Below are positions 9,687-18,834 of a stretch of 54,184 nucleotides of DNA, piece by piece. Made by a program: the position numbers and the translations under genes. Every line of letters starts with the position of its first letter. The first letter of the stretch is position 1. This DNA is from Candidatus Parcubacteria bacterium. GTDB lineage: Bacteria > Patescibacteriota > Minisyncoccia > Phycocordibacterales > CAIZLB01. Location of the stretch: contig JAYUPL010000009.1 in the NCBI GenBank assembly GCA_043760135.1, forward strand, positions 1-54,184. The letters are read 5' to 3'. Under the pieces are notes generated by a model that saw only the letters and a program-made list of their open reading frames with translations, had not been told where the DNA came from and ran no database searches.

Positions 9687-10910
9687 CTACCAAAAGAAAT
9701 CCTCAACAAACACATTACCTTCATTAACACCTTCCTCTTTCAACAATTTCTTCACATTATCCTTCATCACCTCAGGTCCACATATATAATAGAGTGAATT
9801 TTTCACATCATGAACATGTCGATGTAACACATCTTTGTTAATATATCCCTTGAAAGAATCACGAGAAAGAATTACATCTTCTGGAACTTGACTCAACAAA
9901 TACACTTTCTTAAACCAGTTCGTGTTAATGGTATCAAACTCTTTTTTAAAAATAATATCATCTTCAGTTCGTGATCCGTAAATCAAAGTTATATTTTGAG
10001 GTACGACTTGTTTTGATTTATCAAAACAGAAGTGCCCTTGTGGCATATGTTTCTTAACATGGTCTTTGATAATACTCATAAAAGGAGTAATACCTACACC
10101 ACCAGCAATGAACACTAAATCTTTTTCAGGCTTTGGTATAAAATTTCCAAAAGGACCATCAATCAATATCTCATCACCTGGCTTTAATTCTTTGGCAGTT
10201 TGTGTAAATCGCCCAGCCAACTTTATTGTAAAAGCCATATCTTCACCGGGCATACTTGAAACAGTAAAAGGATGTCTTGCATGTAATTTATTTTTATTTA
10301 AACGTAAGAAACAAAATTGTCCAGCAATAAAATCTTTATTACCTTTAACAGTTATAGTAAAACTATCATGGGTTTCCATCTTATTATCTTTCACAATAAA
10401 TTTACTTGTTTTTCTTGCTCGTAGTTTATATTGAGTTCGATATATGATTCCGATAAATACAGCCCATGATGTTATAGCATAGGAAATAGTTAATAAACCT
10501 GTATCTGATCCAGTTAAATAGGTATGATATATTGCAAAGAAAAATAGAATGTAGGTAACGATATGAATATATTGCCACGCTCTATATGAAATCATTTTAT
10601 ATAACTTTGAAGCAATCATGATACCGATAAATATATAGAGGGACATAATACCAAAAGCTAAAGATAGGAACTCAAAGTTGGGAATAAGAAATCCTTTTGT
10701 TGTTCCAGCTGAAAGCATAAAGAAGACTGGGTGACATATCACAAAGAAAGCGACGAAGTAAGAAAACTTTCTTTGAAATTTGATGATTTTATCAAGGCCA
10801 ATAAACCTGTTCCAGAACCTTGCAGTGTCCCCAGAAAATATTAAAAATGATAACATGAAAAATCCGGCGATACCGCAGATTTTCCCAATAAGATAAAATA
10901 ATTCGCCCAT
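9687..10910 (-). CDS. Membrane ferric-reductase-like / FNR-family oxidoreductase
   Basis: N-terminal TM helices with His residues, plus HPFT, GPFG, AGGVGITP and YICGP motifs. Confidence 0.88.
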   Translation of the reverse strand: MGELFYLIGKICGIAGFFMLSFLIFSGDTARFWNRFIGLDKIIKFQRKFSYFVAFFVICHPVFFMLSAGTTKGFLIPNFEFLSLAFGIMSLYIFIGIMIASKLYKMISYRAWQYIHIVTYILFFFAIYHTYLTGSDTGLLTISYAITSWAVFIGIIYRTQYKLRARKTSKFIVKDNKMETHDSFTITVKGNKDFIAGQFCFLRLNKNKLHARHPFTVSSMPGEDMAFTIKLAGRFTQTAKELKPGDEILIDGPFGNFIPKPEKDLVFIAGGVGITPFMSIIKDHVKKHMPQGHFCFDKSKQVVPQNITLIYGSRTEDDIIFKKEFDTINTNWFKKVYLLSQVPEDVILSRDSFKGYINKDVLHRHVHDVKNSLYYICGPEVMKDNVKKLLKEEGVNEGNVFVEDFFW

Positions 10911-10954
10911 GCGTATGATTTTAACATAAATATATGCTATACATAAATGAATAA

Positions 10955-11046
10955 GGAGACGTGTCAGAGTGGTCGAATGTACCTCTTTGCTAAAGAGGCG
11001 GGCTCGTCAAAAGGTCCCGAGGGTTCGAATCCCTCCGTCTCCGCCA
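10955..11046 (+). tRNA. tRNA-Ser(GCU)
   Basis: GGAGACG/CGTCTCC acceptor, G73, encoded CCA, loop TT-GCT-AA, long variable arm. Confidence 0.96.
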
Positions 11047-11130
11047 ACACACAAAAGTATCGGTGTCAACCCATAGGTTGATGAGTAAGCTAATACCCAC
11101 ATGCTTCAGATTCGCAATAAAATATTTATT

Positions 11131-11424
11131 TTATTGGCGACTTGATGATATATCAAAATAAAAATCCTTAACAACACTTGGGTCACTCCTATGTGAAAAT
11201 ATTAAGACATCAAATATTTTACCATCTTTTTTAATAGTTTTCTGACCCATAAAATCACCAAACTTTTTATCTAAAAGTAATAAATGTTTAACTATAGAAT
11301 ATTCAATAGCAACAAAATCTTCATCATTGATTATAATAGCTTCATCTTGGCTACTTCCATCTCCTCCAGATATTGGATAATCTATATTATATTTTTCTTT
11401 AATCTTTTCTCTTATTGTAGACAT
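11131..11424 (-). CDS. Small hypothetical protein (GGDGSS...EY...FDV...FYFDI, reminiscent of the DUF4919 C-terminus)
   Basis: ORF track plus motif pattern recalled by eye. Confidence 0.5.
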   Translation of the reverse strand: MSTIREKIKEKYNIDYPISGGDGSSQDEAIIINDEDFVAIEYSIVKHLLLLDKKFGDFMGQKTIKKDGKIFDVLIFSHRSDPSVVKDFYFDISSSRQ

Positions 11425-11485
11425 TGTCTTATATTATACAACTTATTCCAATTCGAAACATTTTTATATATGGGTAGTTTTAGTT

Positions 11486-12055
11486 TTATAGCACTATCTC
11501 TAAAACAACCTCGATATCCTCAGCTGAGAATTTATAGAGTGTTAAAATTTCAACAACCTTTTCTTCATCTTGATCCTTAAAAAACTTTTTCAGTCTTTCC
11601 TCATCTCTGTTTCTAATCATCTCTGCAATAACGGGTATCTGTGGGTTCTTGTATCTAATCAAGGCGATCATCACATTTATGTATTGTTGTCTTGCTTTTT
11701 CATAGGTGATCCATTCTGCAAAACCTGTAGTAACATATGACAGCTTTGTCTCATAAGACATGTCAGACCGACTCTCATCATTTATTTCATATGGCTCAAT
11801 GTTTTCAATAAAAATTATCCTATCGGTGTTGTTTTTACCTCTTAATATTTTTTGTTTGTAATACTTTTCAAGTTCGGGACAATATTCTTCTCTTCTCATC
11901 ATGTATAAAATACAGCTGGCACCAAACTGAGTTAAGTCAAACTTCTTTTGAAGTAATTCTGAATCAACGTCAGTTTCTTTGGATAAAATTATTGCATTAA
12001 TTAGTATGTTTTTTAACTCATGAATATTTTCTTTTGTATTTTTTGATTTTGGCAT
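11486..12055 (-). CDS. Hypothetical protein, tandem paralog B
   Basis: DSELLQKKFDLTQFGASC...EYCPELE block shared with 12068-12613. Confidence 0.8.
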   Translation of the reverse strand: MPKSKNTKENIHELKNILINAIILSKETDVDSELLQKKFDLTQFGASCILYMMRREEYCPELEKYYKQKILRGKNNTDRIIFIENIEPYEINDESRSDMSYETKLSYVTTGFAEWITYEKARQQYINVMIALIRYKNPQIPVIAEMIRNRDEERLKKFFKDQDEEKVVEILTLYKFSAEDIEVVLEIVL

Positions 12056-12067
12056 ATTTATATTTAC

Positions 12068-12613
12068 TTAAGATACGAGTTCTAAAGCTATGGTTATTTC
12101 GTCTTCTGTAAACTCAAGATTTTTCATGTGCTCTATAATCTTTTCCTCATCGTAATCTTTATAGTAGTCTTTAAAAAAATCCTCATTCCTAAGTGTTAAT
12201 GCTTCTCGAATATCTGCCTCATGTTGGTTTAAGATTCGAGAAAACTCGACAATTAGCTTAATGTGCCACTGTCTTTGATCTTCGAAGCTCATCCATTGAG
12301 CAAAACCATCTGCGATATATGATTCCTTATCAGCGAGTGATAAATCAGACTTACCCATATCAAATTTACTATACGGCGGCATATCTTCAATAAATTTAAT
12401 CTCATTATCTTCCCCCTCAAAAGTATCTCTATTTTCAGTATATATATCTTCTAATTCAGGACAATATTCATTATTAACTAACATATACATTAGACAACTT
12501 GCTCCAAATTCAGTTAATTCGTATTTCTTTTGTAAAAACTCTGAATCTAGTATTGTTGCTATTTCATATTGCAATACATCTTCATAATGTTGTTGTAGTT
12601 TAGATTTTTCCAT
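12068..12613 (-). CDS. Hypothetical protein, tandem paralog A
   Basis: DSEFLQKKYELTEFGASC...EYCPELE block. Confidence 0.8.
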   Translation of the reverse strand: MEKSKLQQHYEDVLQYEIATILDSEFLQKKYELTEFGASCLMYMLVNNEYCPELEDIYTENRDTFEGEDNEIKFIEDMPPYSKFDMGKSDLSLADKESYIADGFAQWMSFEDQRQWHIKLIVEFSRILNQHEADIREALTLRNEDFFKDYYKDYDEEKIIEHMKNLEFTEDEITIALELVS

Positions 12614-12616
12614 AGT

Positions 12617-13009
12617 TTATATATTAAGTAATATTTCTTTTAACGAATCAGGATTATTCTTTAAATCAACTAATATCAATTTATCGAGTACACCTTTTTC
12701 TTGAAGTAGTTTCTTTTCTGATTCCATAGGTGCGTCATCAAACCATCTGAAGTCTTGAGTAAAATCAATTCCATCAGTTTTTAAAACATCCCAGTTTGTT
12801 GGTTTTATTTTCTCAATATATTCCCATAACTCTTGAGGTAGAATTCTCTTTAAATGAGATACAACATGCAAAACATCACCCTTACAGTGTGTTGTTAGCC
12901 AGAAAGGGTTATGTTTTGTTGTGACTTCTATTAGAAACTCTTTTAAGTGAAGGGAAGGCTGACCTTGTTTTGTAAGAAGTACCCCGTCGATGTCGATATA
13001 TAGATTCAT
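12617..13009 (-). CDS. HAD-superfamily hydrolase-like protein
   Basis: YIDIDGVL (DxDG), WLTT and WFDD motifs. Confidence 0.75.
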   Translation of the reverse strand: MNLYIDIDGVLLTKQGQPSLHLKEFLIEVTTKHNPFWLTTHCKGDVLHVVSHLKRILPQELWEYIEKIKPTNWDVLKTDGIDFTQDFRWFDDAPMESEKKLLQEKGVLDKLILVDLKNNPDSLKEILLNI

Positions 13010-13041
13010 GCTTATATTATATCTTAAAATCATCTTTTAAT

Positions 13042-13926
13042 TTACTCTATCAGTTTAAGCTCTTTATCCTTGTATAATATCTTACTCCTCAAATTACCTA
13101 ACAATTCTCGTTTCTCAATAACAGAACCTTCCTTAAGAATATACTTAGCATAATTTCTTATATCGGTTTCTTTATTGTTTTTAATCTTATCAGTAGAACC
13201 CAATACTGATCTTTGAAATATATTAAATCTTGCAATCTCATCCTCTAGTTTTTGTCTCATGCCTAATTCGTTAATATCTACTTTATCTAATATTTTGAGT
13301 AGCTCTGTAATCAAATCCTGTTCGGTGATATATTTATTTTTACAATTTCTGTCTCTGGACCTGCTACATGAATAATAGATATGTTTTGAATGTGTTCCAT
13401 CTACAAGTTGCTTCCATTTTTCTTCTGCTGATATTCCTGACCCACAATAACCACAGGTAAATAATTTGGTGAATGCAAACTCTCTATTTTCTCTTTGTAT
13501 ATTATCTCGCTTCAGTTGTTTTTGTGCTTTCTCAAATAATTCTTGCGATATCAATGGCTCGTGCTTTCCTTGATACCAGTTACCGCTTTTCTTTGGGTGT
13601 TCAAATACTCCGTGATAAAACTGATTATCTAATATTCTATATATACCACTCATTGTCAGTGATTTGTTTCCTCGGGTATAAAAGTTGAGTTCGTGTTTTA
13701 ACCAATTGTATATTTTTCTACCTGAATAATATTCATAGGCAACTTTTTCAAACATCTTTTTTATTACAGGTCCTCGATCGGGATCGATGATTAGCTGGCA
13801 TTTTTTGTCCATATGTTTTTGATTGAGGTATCCGAGTGGGGCAATGCCGGGCCATAATCCCATCTCAACCCTAGTTCGAAGCCCTCGCTTTACATTTACT
13901 CCACGATTGTCATTTTCAAGCTTTGC
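13042..13926 (-). pseudogene. 5'-truncated large serine recombinase (recombinase and Zn-ribbon domains)
   Basis: AKLENDNRGVNVKRG...APLGY, GKHEPLISQELF and CGYCG...YYSC motifs. The catalytic N-terminal domain is absent. Confidence 0.85.
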
Positions 13927-14266
13927 CTCTGCTCCTGTAGGCTTTCTTCCCCAAGCAATGAAAGATTTTGAAAATGAATTCCTCCGTGTCTTAAAGGATG
14001 AAACAGGTGACGAAACTATTCTTTTACAAAATCTTGCACGAATGCCCGCCGAGCTTTTATTCATACATCCATTTAGAGAAGGAAACGGCAGGGCGATCCG
14101 TATGTTTACAAACATGATCTATCTCCCAAAAACAGGAGAAGAGCTGGATTTTAAAATTCTGGAATCTAATTTAGAAACCTATATCAAGGCAGCACAGCAG
14201 GCCAGTCAAAAAGAATGCTATCTGATGGAAAAACTATTTCTTGAGATGTCCTCTGGACTTAAGTGA
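13927..14266 (+). pseudogene. 5'-truncated Fic-domain protein
   Basis: HPFREGNGR Fic motif. Upstream sequence is the antisense of the recombinase. Confidence 0.8.
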
Positions 14267-14416
14267 TGCAAACTGAGATTTGCTAAAATGAATACCTTCA
14301 ATAGCAAAAGATGTTCTCATTGTTTCAAATGAGCGAGATTTGAGCTGGGTCTTGTCTAAGTCCTTTACAGAGAAGGATTTAGTGCTCTTTGAGACTGCTT
14401 TATCTTTTATTTTCAA
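14234..14416 (-). CDS. Fic antitoxin-like (VbhA/FicA type) small protein
   Basis: SFAIEG matches the (S/T)xxxE(G/N) inhibitory motif. Probable TTG start after TGtTATAAT. Confidence 0.6.
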   Translation of the reverse strand: MKIKDKAVSKSTKSFSVKDLDKTQLKSRSFETMRTSFAIEGIHFSKSQFASLKSRGHLKK

Positions 14417-14541
14417 ATCAGAATTATAACATAATTCAGTCAAAAATACTGTCAAAAAAGTGACATATTGCCGTCATAAAAACACTTTAATATATGTCAT
14501 TTTGGTCACTTTTTGACCTGCTCGAGACTCGTAGGTTAAGA

Positions 14542-14563
14542 ATATATATATATATATATATAT
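14542..14563. repeat. (AT)n microsatellite
   Basis: About 11 AT units. Confidence 0.9.
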
Positions 14564-14951
14564 TCTTAGTGACGATAGTAGGTAAATGAACGGACGATAT
14601 ACTTCTTATTGCCACCTGATTTTATTTCAAAATTTAACTGAAAAGAATAGTTTTTACTTAAATTAATATCTAAAATAAATACCCCAGCTATCGATATTTG
14701 ATTTAAAATCCACAGCCAGGGTATTGATATTGTAAATATAAAATATCCATACGGAAATGGATGGATATAGGGCATTTGAATTTAGATATTCTTGGAAATT
14801 ATCAACACCTAAAGTTTCTTAACTATTTATTTTCCTAAAAATATTTAGTATAATTTTCTATATATTAACAAAAACATTTTTTTGTGCACCTAAACACCGC
14901 AACTCCGCGATATGCTCCTTGCAAATAAAATTAAATAAAAATAAAAATAAT

Positions 14952-17555
14952 ATGAAATTATTTATATATACAAGGTCTTTCGTTATTCCTTTAGCTCTGA
15001 TGTTAATCATCAACTTTTTATATCCCTTACAAACCAAAGCCGCTATCACTGATGGGCTTTCTATAACAGTCAATCGTGAAGCTGTGACTGCAAGTGCACT
15101 TGAAGGTGCGATAGTTAAGATAAAATGTAATGCAGGAACATACACTGATATAGGTGTAGTTACAAATGCATCAGGTGTTGCTTCTATCACTGATCCGGTA
15201 GCTCTTGCATCACTTCTCCTAAGTGCAGGTTCGTGTATTGTTGGAAGTGCACTCGACATACAGATCAGCAAGGATGGATATGTGACAACCGAAAAACTCG
15301 GAGCGATCGCATCACTTTTAGGTGTGGCCAATTCATTTACATTTACCGGATCTGATTCTGTAAAGTTCGCGCACAAGGCAACTATCACACAGGAAGGTAA
15401 CGGCGCAGTACTGTCAGGTGCAACTGTTGGGGTTGGTGCGACGTTGTGTATTGAGTCTGGAACCCTCGGCATCTATTATTGCCCTGTACCTATCGCATCA
15501 GATGGTGCGGCGCTTAGCATTGCAAAGGCGGGATACGTGACAAACATTTCATCAAGTGTTGGAAACCGTACTGCATTGACCGATGTGCAAGGAACGATTT
15601 CTCCGTCCAATATCTTGTTTCAGGTTAAGATATCTGTCGCCGACGAGTTGGGAAATAGCATCACTCCGACAACCATAACATTTGACGGACTAGTACCCGT
15701 TGCATCATCTTCTAACGTGTATTATTTTGCGCCAACTTTGGGTCTAAATAAGGTAGTGGTTATTACAAGTCCTGGATTTATTTCAAGTGGACTCACAAAT
15801 AGTAGTTTGGCAAATGTATCCGCCAGTACGACCGGACAGACAACTCTGACTTTAGGTGCAAATGCTACAAGTTCATTGCCTGTTACGATAGGACAAACAG
15901 TCACACTCAAGGGTCTAGAATATGCGCTTAAATCAGTCGCTCTAAAATCAGAGCTTGGTGGAACCATAACGGGTATTGCCAACGGTACTCCGAGTGTTGT
16001 ATCTGTTGATATTGCTCTTAGTTCGGCCGGCGGTGCTTCTGTTATAGCTTCAGCTGTGGCAAATGACACTCTATATATTGCAGCTACAGGGGACGGAAGT
16101 GGTAACGACAGCATTGGTATCAAACTTTCTAACGTAACCGTTGACGGCGGATCTGCAAATAGCTCCTCTTTGGTTATTGCCACGACGACCGATGTCTCGA
16201 ACTTACTGACGGCTGCCACAAGTCAGACAACATTTGGAATAGGGCAAGCTTTGGGAAATATTCAAACCGCTACAGGCTTCGGATATCCATTAAAGGTTAC
16301 TTTGAATGACGAGCTCGGCAATGCGATTTTGATATCATCTCTCGCGACCGCAACGCTTGGAGGCATCGCAGTTTCTACGAGTACTTCTAACACTGCCTAT
16401 TTTGCAACCACCACAACTGCTGCTGCTTTATCATTTACAAAAAATGGATATGTATCATCTGCAACGACAAACACTGGATTGAACACTGTTACGATAAATC
16501 AAACAGCAACGACTTCGATAACTTTTGGAAATAATTCTGCGATGACTTCTGCTGTAACTGTAGGGAATGGTGCAAGTGCTCAAGGTTTGCAATTTTCCCA
16601 AAAGATAACGCTACAGACTGAAGCGGGCGAAAATCTTACAGGAGCGACGGTGACTGCTGGATCCGCAAATACGGTATGTACAATCTCCTCAAACCTCGCA
16701 TATTGTCCGGTACCCGCAAGTGAGGACGGTATTGCAAATGATGTTCATGTTACAAAAACAGGATTCATAACAAGTACCACAGGTGACACAAGCAATCGTA
16801 CTGACAACAACAGTGCACAATCAACCCAAATCGTTTCTGACACACAGTATGCTCTTAAGGTCATAGTTAATGACGCAAACGGAACAGCTGTGACAGGCGC
16901 GACGGTAACTCATGGTGGAGTGTCAGCTGCAACTTCGGTATCAAATGCGTACTATTTTACAACAACAGGAGCAGGTGTGTTGATCGTATCCAAAACAGGA
17001 TATGACAGCTTGAACACGTCGATAGATACAGGTTTGGCAAATGTCGGAATCTCGAGTTCTGCTCAGACCACAGTAACCCTTACAGGGTCGACTCCTTTTA
17101 CAGGAAATCTTTCAAGTGGGGGTAGTTCTGCAACAGGTAGAGGTTTGATTGCAACAGTTGTTTCGGTGGTATCGTCGGGAGGTGGAAGTGGTTCGGGGAC
17201 ATCTTCGTTTTCAGCAGGTTCATCAAGAGGGGATGCAAGTGTACCTGCTTCTTTGTTGACAAATGTAAAGACGGCGATCACGACTCAAAATCAAAATGTA
17301 TTAAATAAAAGTATTGTTGCTACTAAGTGTGCTTTTGGAAAAAATCTATCGCTAAACGATACAGGAAGCGAGGTTACCAAGCTGCAAAAGTATCTAGAAT
17401 CAAAAGGACTGTTGATTATGTCAAAAAATGCCGCCTGGGGGACATTTGGCCCAAAAACAAAGTCAGCGCTCGTTAAGCATCAAGGAAAGGTGAAGGTTCC
17501 TACTACTGGATATTTTGGTCCGATGACGAGAACTGCGAGCTGTAAAGGGGTGTAG
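14952..17555 (+). CDS. Large secreted Thr/Ser/Gly-rich surface protein with internal repeats and a C-terminal peptidoglycan-binding-like domain
   Basis: Signal peptide, repeated GATV...YCPVP and KxGY units, C-terminal GSEVTKLQKYL...GYFGPMTR. Confidence 0.8.
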   Translation: MKLFIYTRSFVIPLALMLIINFLYPLQTKAAITDGLSITVNREAVTASALEGAIVKIKCNAGTYTDIGVVTNASGVASITDPVALASLLLSAGSCIVGSALDIQISKDGYVTTEKLGAIASLLGVANSFTFTGSDSVKFAHKATITQEGNGAVLSGATVGVGATLCIESGTLGIYYCPVPIASDGAALSIAKAGYVTNISSSVGNRTALTDVQGTISPSNILFQVKISVADELGNSITPTTITFDGLVPVASSSNVYYFAPTLGLNKVVVITSPGFISSGLTNSSLANVSASTTGQTTLTLGANATSSLPVTIGQTVTLKGLEYALKSVALKSELGGTITGIANGTPSVVSVDIALSSAGGASVIASAVANDTLYIAATGDGSGNDSIGIKLSNVTVDGGSANSSSLVIATTTDVSNLLTAATSQTTFGIGQALGNIQTATGFGYPLKVTLNDELGNAILISSLATATLGGIAVSTSTSNTAYFATTTTAAALSFTKNGYVSSATTNTGLNTVTINQTATTSITFGNNSAMTSAVTVGNGASAQGLQFSQKITLQTEAGENLTGATVTAGSANTVCTISSNLAYCPVPASEDGIANDVHVTKTGFITSTTGDTSNRTDNNSAQSTQIVSDTQYALKVIVNDANGTAVTGATVTHGGVSAATSVSNAYYFTTTGAGVLIVSKTGYDSLNTSIDTGLANVGISSSAQTTVTLTGSTPFTGNLSSGGSSATGRGLIATVVSVVSSGGGSGSGTSSFSAGSSRGDASVPASLLTNVKTAITTQNQNVLNKSIVATKCAFGKNLSLNDTGSEVTKLQKYLESKGLLIMSKNAAWGTFGPKTKSALVKHQGKVKVPTTGYFGPMTRTASCKGV

Positions 17556-17715
17556 TTTTGGTTGAACTGATCGTGACCCACAGTCCTCCTGAAAACCTTG
17601 AGGAATTTATTGGCCAAAAACACTTCAATCAAATCAGTTTTTTTATTAACGACGTAGAGTGAGAGAAACAAAAGTAAGTATACTTTTGTTTCCGAACCTA
17701 GGAAGTTAACGGTCA

Positions 17716-17803
17716 ATACCCCAAGGCTCTGCCTTGGCACATGGAACGAACAAAGTTCGTTCCATGTGATACCTCGATGCAAAGCACTGGGGTTGTATTC
17801 ATT
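17716..17803. repeat. REP-like cluster (two REP hairpins flanking a 14-bp-stem hairpin)
   Basis: ccaaggc-tct-gccttgg, cacatggaacgaac-aaa-gttcgttccatgtg and cctcgatgcaaagcactggggttgtattcatt. Confidence 0.7.
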
Positions 17804-17809
17804 ACCGCC

Positions 17810-18151
17810 CTACTTCATTAAATGATTAAGTGATTTATTAAGTGTCGACCAAGTGTTTTTGAGAGATGACAATGATTCCTCACCTTTTTCTGTGATAGAA
17901 TAATATTTTCGAGGTGGTCCAGATAATGATTCCTCCCAGGCATGTGTCAAAAGGTCTGCTTGGCGAAGACGTGACAAGAGGGGATAGAGTGTGCCTTCAA
18001 CTACAATTAAGTTCGCCGCTTTTAATTCATTGATAATTTCAGTGGCGTATTTCTGCTTCTTGGTTAGAATGAGTAAAATACAAAACTCGAGCATGCCTTT
18101 GCGCATTTGAGATTTTTGATTTTCTAATTCTTTTGTCTTTTGTGTATCCAT
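17810..18151 (-). CDS. PadR family transcriptional regulator
   Basis: RKGMLEFCIL, EGTLYPLLSRL and GPPRKYY motifs. Confidence 0.93.
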   Translation of the reverse strand: MDTQKTKELENQKSQMRKGMLEFCILLILTKKQKYATEIINELKAANLIVVEGTLYPLLSRLRQADLLTHAWEESLSGPPRKYYSITEKGEESLSSLKNTWSTLNKSLNHLMK

Positions 18152-18266
18152 GGGTGTAATGTATCATATGGTACTAGGCAGTACAAGGTAGTATATTAAT
18201 ACAACACACGAAAACCAATACTTGGCAGCAGGATATTGAAACCGCTAAAAGTGGTATAATATAACC

Positions 18267-18782
18267 ATGTCTACACATAAAATTATAACAATTATATTAA
18301 TCATCCTAGCCCTCTTTTTAGGGATTAGTATTTATATGCAGAATAAAGCAGGTGAGCTCATAATTCCCAACATCGAAGAATCTATTCCAACTACAACCAC
18401 ACCTGTACCAACCTCAACAACATCACCACAAACTACACCTACAAAACCAGCAGAAGTATTTTCAAAAGAGGTTACCTTATCTAGTATAAACTATTATGAA
18501 TTTCCCGATGGAGCTTCCTTGTCTCTTAAGCAAGTAAATGATTCACGATGTGCATCAAATGTGAATTGTATATGGGCGGGAAATATAATCGCATTATTTA
18601 ATCTTAAAAAAGAAAACTACAATGAGACTTTTGAATTGAAGTTTGGTGCAGGTGTTGATGTTTCAGAATTTTCTTACGGTGAATATAAAATTAAAATAAC
18701 TGCTGTTCAACCAGATAGAGGTCCACAAAACCAAATATTAACTCAAAAGGATTATAAAATAACTATTACGATTTCAAAATAA
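18267..18782 (+). CDS. Membrane-anchored hypothetical protein
   Basis: N-terminal TM, Thr/Pro linker, DSRC...CIWAG motif. Confidence 0.7.
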   Translation: MSTHKIITIILIILALFLGISIYMQNKAGELIIPNIEESIPTTTTPVPTSTTSPQTTPTKPAEVFSKEVTLSSINYYEFPDGASLSLKQVNDSRCASNVNCIWAGNIIALFNLKKENYNETFELKFGAGVDVSEFSYGEYKIKITAVQPDRGPQNQILTQKDYKITITISK

Positions 18783-18834
18783 GGTATTGAAATAGTAAAA
18801 AAATTATCCACTATGCTATTATTATAAATATATT

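Noticed and set aside
13927-14115. N-terminus of the 357-aa recombinase ORF
   Set aside because: It is the antisense of the Fic fragment, not recombinase sequence.
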